Assembly (NCBI GenBank): GCA_039932315.1
Contig: JBDTQG010000009.1
Span: 3,969 to 67,968 of the forward strand
DNA: 64,000 nucleotides
Reading direction: 5' to 3'
Source: Thermoanaerobaculia bacterium
GTDB lineage: Bacteria > Acidobacteriota > Thermoanaerobaculia > Multivoradales > JAGPDF01
Shown: positions 61,209 through 64,000 of the stretch, piece after piece
Layout of the letters: each line of letters starts with the position of its first letter
Numbering within the stretch: the stretch's first letter is position 1
Program-made: the position numbers and the translations under genes
Notes under the pieces: model-generated
What the model was told of the DNA's origin: nothing
The model's database searches: none
The model's input: the letters and a program-made list of their open reading frames with translations, nothing else

Positions 61209-61832
61209 CTACTGCAGGACGACCAGAACGACCCGGCGATTCTGTGCGCGACCGTCGCGGGTCTTGTTGTCCGCGACCGGTTCCGACTCACCGTAGGAGA
61301 TGGTCTCCATGCGGAAGAGCGGAATGCCCTGCTTGGCGAGGTAGATCTCGACACCCTCGGCGCGCTCCTTGCCGAGCTTCTCGTTGTAGAGCTCGCCGCC
61401 GATGTTGTCGGTATGGCCCTGAATCTCGACGTAGACGTTCTTGTTCTCGGTCTTGAGCTGAGTGGCGAACGCATCGAGCGCCGCCTTCGCCTCATCCGAG
61501 AGCATCGCCTTGTCGAATCCGAACTTCACTTTGTCATCCGAAAGGACCGTCTCGTAGAGGAGCTTGCCCTCAGCGAGCTTGCCCGCCGCGACGGCGCGGT
61601 CGAGCGCCTGCTGTGCGGTCTTCGAAGCGGCCGCGGTATCGGCTTCGTTCTTGCTGATCCGGCCCTCGTGCTGCTTGATCTTGGTCTGCGCATCCTCGAC
61701 CTGCGTCTGCACGCCGTCGACGCGCTCGCCAACCTTCCCGACCTCGCCGGAAACGTACTTCTTGGAGGCGCATCCCCAACCGGCCATCGCCGTGAGAAGC
61801 ACCGCCGTCACTGCCAGTTTGCTCTTGGTCAT
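61209..61832 (-). CDS. OmpA-family (OmpA_C/Pal-like peptidoglycan-binding) lipoprotein with a coiled-coil linker
   Basis: ATG 61832 with GGAGG 7 nt upstream. Lipobox MAGWGC. Coiled-coil segment (VQTQVEDAQTKIKQHEGRISKNE). OmpA_C motifs VEIQGHTDNIGGELYNEKLGKERAEGV and NRRVVLVV. Confidence 0.8.
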   Translation of the reverse strand: MTKSKLAVTAVLLTAMAGWGCASKKYVSGEVGKVGERVDGVQTQVEDAQTKIKQHEGRISKNEADTAAASKTAQQALDRAVAAGKLAEGKLLYETVLSDDKVKFGFDKAMLSDEAKAALDAFATQLKTENKNVYVEIQGHTDNIGGELYNEKLGKERAEGVEIYLAKQGIPLFRMETISYGESEPVADNKTRDGRAQNRRVVLVVLQ

Positions 61833-61901
61833 TTCAAGTCCTCCATCCTCGGTTGATAAGACCTCGATGGTCGCCGGAGAATGCACATTCGGCCGCCGAT
61901 T

Positions 61902-62879
61902 TCATTTCACGGCGGGCGGAAGCCCCTGGTAACCCATCCTCGACAGTACCTGCTTGGCCCTTCCTTTGCGGACTTCGACACGGATCGGCCGGAAGGCGGA
62001 CCGCCCCGTGCCCTGGGTTTCGAATCCCAGCACGTACTGGTAACGCAACTCTTCTGCCACCGTGGCGCAGGCCTCTTTCATCTCCTCGGGGCTCGAGATC
62101 GAAAAATACTTGCCGCCGGTCATGTGAGCGAGAAGATTGAGCATGTCGGCATAGCGATAGATGTCGCTGCCGTCCTTGTTGATCGCGTAGGGGTCGCCGG
62201 ACTCGAGCCCGAAGACGTAGACCGGAAGCTGGGCGCGCCGCACGATCTCCCGCGCTTCGGTCGCGGTGATCGAGCTCGCGTTGTCGACGCCGTCAGTGAT
62301 GAGCACCGCCGCGCGCTTCACGTTCCGGCTGTCGCCGGAGATGCGCGGCAGGAGCGCGACGGCGTCGTTGAGAGCGGTCTTGCCATAGCCTTCCCAGGAG
62401 GCCACCGATTCGCGCAGCGGTGGCAGCTCTTCGGTGAAAGGCACGTCGATGTTCGTGTCTTCGCCGGCGAAGGTCGCGAGGGCGAATTCGTCGCCCGGTT
62501 TTGCGGCGTCGAGAAAGTAGTCGACCGCCTGCTGGCTCGCCTCGAGGCGTCCGCCGATCGCCATGCTGCCGGAGAGATCCTGCAGGAAGACCACGCTCCA
62601 GGGAGCCTCCCCATGCGGTTCGAAGTCGGGAAAGCGGACCGATTTGCCGTCGACCTTGAGATCGAAGTCCTCTTTCCCGAGACCGTTCAGATATCCGTTC
62701 GAACCTTTCACGATGACCGGCACGAGGATCCATGCGACCGAGACTTCGTCCGTGAACGTGGGAACGGGTGTGGACTTTTCCGCAGTCGACGGCGCGGCGA
62801 GCGCTGAAAGAGCGCTCGCGCCAGCGACCCCAGCGACCAGCGACGCCAAAACGGCCACCGTGGCCATCCGCCGGCCCAT
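61902..62879 (-). CDS. VWA-domain protein of the 'VWFA-related acidobacterial' type (TIGR03436-like)
   Basis: The start is set at ATG 62879 (MGRRMATVAVLASLVAGVAGA signal); ATG 62867 is an alternative. Motifs FLQDLSGSM (MIDAS DxSxS), TALNDAV, VLITDGVDNAS, VYVFGL and a C-terminal YVLGF......RVEVR pattern. Confidence 0.7.
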   Translation of the reverse strand: MGRRMATVAVLASLVAGVAGASALSALAAPSTAEKSTPVPTFTDEVSVAWILVPVIVKGSNGYLNGLGKEDFDLKVDGKSVRFPDFEPHGEAPWSVVFLQDLSGSMAIGGRLEASQQAVDYFLDAAKPGDEFALATFAGEDTNIDVPFTEELPPLRESVASWEGYGKTALNDAVALLPRISGDSRNVKRAAVLITDGVDNASSITATEAREIVRRAQLPVYVFGLESGDPYAINKDGSDIYRYADMLNLLAHMTGGKYFSISSPEEMKEACATVAEELRYQYVLGFETQGTGRSAFRPIRVEVRKGRAKQVLSRMGYQGLPPAVK

Positions 62880-62943
62880 CTGCCCCCTGCGATCCGGCAA
62901 GGCTCTGCTAGCCTCATCGATCCGAAGGGAAGGGGAGGTCGGA

Positions 62944-63189
62944 ATGAATATTCGTGACATTTCCATCAAGTGCGGCAATTGCGGCTCCTATCAGACGCTC
63001 AGCGGCTTTACCCGCCGGGACGAATGGAACGTCTACACCTACGAATGCGATCACGGCCAGTGCGATCCCGCGGTGACTCGCACACTCGTCGAAGTGCCCC
63101 GCGAAATCGACGACTTTGCCCGCCGTGACCCGGAATGGCGCGGCGGCGGAAAGCACGGGGAATTCGCCGGCAGCTCACCTACCGAGTGA
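62944..63189 (+). CDS. Small hypothetical zinc-ribbon-like protein
   Basis: ATG 62944 with GGAGG upstream. The pattern CGNCG...CDHGQC gives a CxxC/CxHxxC arrangement. 81 aa. No family recognised. Confidence 0.45.
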   Translation: MNIRDISIKCGNCGSYQTLSGFTRRDEWNVYTYECDHGQCDPAVTRTLVEVPREIDDFARRDPEWRGGGKHGEFAGSSPTE

Positions 63190-63301
63190 GCAAGCCGTGT
63201 GCCCGATCGCGTCCAGAAGCGATTTCTTGGGGGTATGTTACGCTTTTGCGCAGTCGCTTGAGAAGTAAATCCAATCCAACGAAACAGGGCCGGGGGGAGT
63301 C

Positions 63302-64000
63302 ATGAAGAAGACGGTCGTTCATGTCGTCGGTACGGGTACGATCGGCGAACCGTTGATCGGCCTGTTCACCGACTTCCGCGAGAAAATGGGGATCGACGAG
63401 GTCACCTTCCACAAGCGCTCCCCGCTACCCGCCGATCGTTCGAAGATCCAGCACCTCATGGCCCGCGGCGCCAAGCTGGCCGCCGATTCCGACCAGCGCG
63501 ACGGTTTCGAGAAGCTCGGGCATCCGGTTTCCTTCGAAACCGAGGAGGCACTGAGCCGCGCGACGGTCGTCGTCGACTGCACTCCGGCCGGAAATGAAAT
63601 GAAGGAGAAGTACTACAACCAGCTCTCGGGTCCCAAGGGCTTTCTCGCCCAGGGCAGCGAGTTCGGATTCGGCGTTCCCTATGCGCGCGGGATCAACGAC
63701 GAAGTGCTGGTGCCGGGCAAGGATCGTTTCATCCAGATCGTGTCCTGCAACACGCACAACATCACGACGCTGATCAAGACGCTCTGCCACGAAGGCGAAG
63801 GCGGCTACAACTTCGAGCGTGGCAACTTCGTCTGCATGCGGCGCGCGAACGACGTCTCGCAGACCAAGGACTTCGCGCCGGCGCCGCAGGTCGGCAAGCA
63901 CGATGACCCCGAGTTCGGCACCCACCACGCTCACGATGCTTTTCACGTCTTCGAGACGCTGAACCAGAAATTCGATCTTTTCTCGAGTGCGGTGAAGCTC
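63302..64000 (+). CDS. Type II (archaeal-type) glyceraldehyde-3-phosphate dehydrogenase-like protein; 3' end outside the window
   Basis: It is absent from the ORF track because no stop falls in the window. I translated it directly from ATG 63302 and it stays open to 64000. Motifs VVGTGTIGEPL (Rossmann), VVVDCTPAG, QIVSCNTHN (catalytic Cys context SCNT), MRRANDV and GTHHAHDA are colinear with my recollection of archaeal GAPDH. Confidence 0.5.
   Translation, partial: MKKTVVHVVGTGTIGEPLIGLFTDFREKMGIDEVTFHKRSPLPADRSKIQHLMARGAKLAADSDQRDGFEKLGHPVSFETEEALSRATVVVDCTPAGNEMKEKYYNQLSGPKGFLAQGSEFGFGVPYARGINDEVLVPGKDRFIQIVSCNTHNITTLIKTLCHEGEGGYNFERGNFVCMRRANDVSQTKDFAPAPQVGKHDDPEFGTHHAHDAFHVFETLNQKFDLFSSAVKL

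Overview
This is a very GC-rich, gene-dense 64-kb chromosomal segment with about 50 protein-coding genes on both strands. Twelve gene junctions use 4-nt NTGA stop/start overlaps. I recognised no rRNA, tRNA, CRISPR array, transposase or integrase. All family calls come from motifs I recognise by eye; no search was run. The gene content suggests an Acidobacteriota-like diderm (inference). The pointers are a TIGR03436-like 'acidobacterial VWFA' protein, a CarboxypepD_reg-type TonB receptor, a GldA/F/G-like ABC set, and AMIN and PilZ domains.

Blocks, left to right:
- 1-5.7 kb: alpha-glucan catabolism (GH63-like enzyme, glycogen debranching enzyme), plus a MIP channel coupled to a GMC oxidoreductase.
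- 5.7-9.4 kb: a disrupted VOC gene, an SDR, an FG-GAP propeller protein and DoxX.
- 9.5-15 kb, minus strand: an operon of S1-domain protein, membrane Amidase_3, MamK-like actin and PilZ-TM-AMIN protein.
- 15-26 kb: a GT1-like glycosyltransferase, a radical copper oxidase, carB, rnhA, an M16 peptidase and fumC.
- 26.1-29.6 kb, minus strand: HslR, an ArsC-like protein, a small OM beta-barrel, and a secreted 7-repeat protein with twin Cys-containing C-terminal domains.
- 29.6-32.6 kb: orphan lipoproteins and a zincin-like protein.
- 32.7-37.4 kb: GldA/F/G-like ABC genes plus a DUF4340-like gene.
- 37.5-54.5 kb: a LacI-controlled beta-glucan utilisation locus. It holds a TonB receptor, a GH144-like enzyme, an ABC importer, a large unclassified secreted enzyme, a GH94 phosphorylase, GH1 and an MsiK-like ATPase.
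- 54.7-59.6 kb: divergent B12-dependent mutase and class II RNR.
- 59.6-64 kb: a 23-codon Lys/Ala-rich micro-ORF, TlpA, an SprT-like protein, a 35-bp terminator-derived tandem repeat, an OmpA-like lipoprotein, the VWFA protein and a type II GAPDH-like gene.

The best novelty candidates are the MamK-like/amidase/PilZ-AMIN operon, the OM-barrel plus repeat-protein pair, and the hybrid TonB/ABC beta-glucan locus with its unclassified 1079-aa enzyme.
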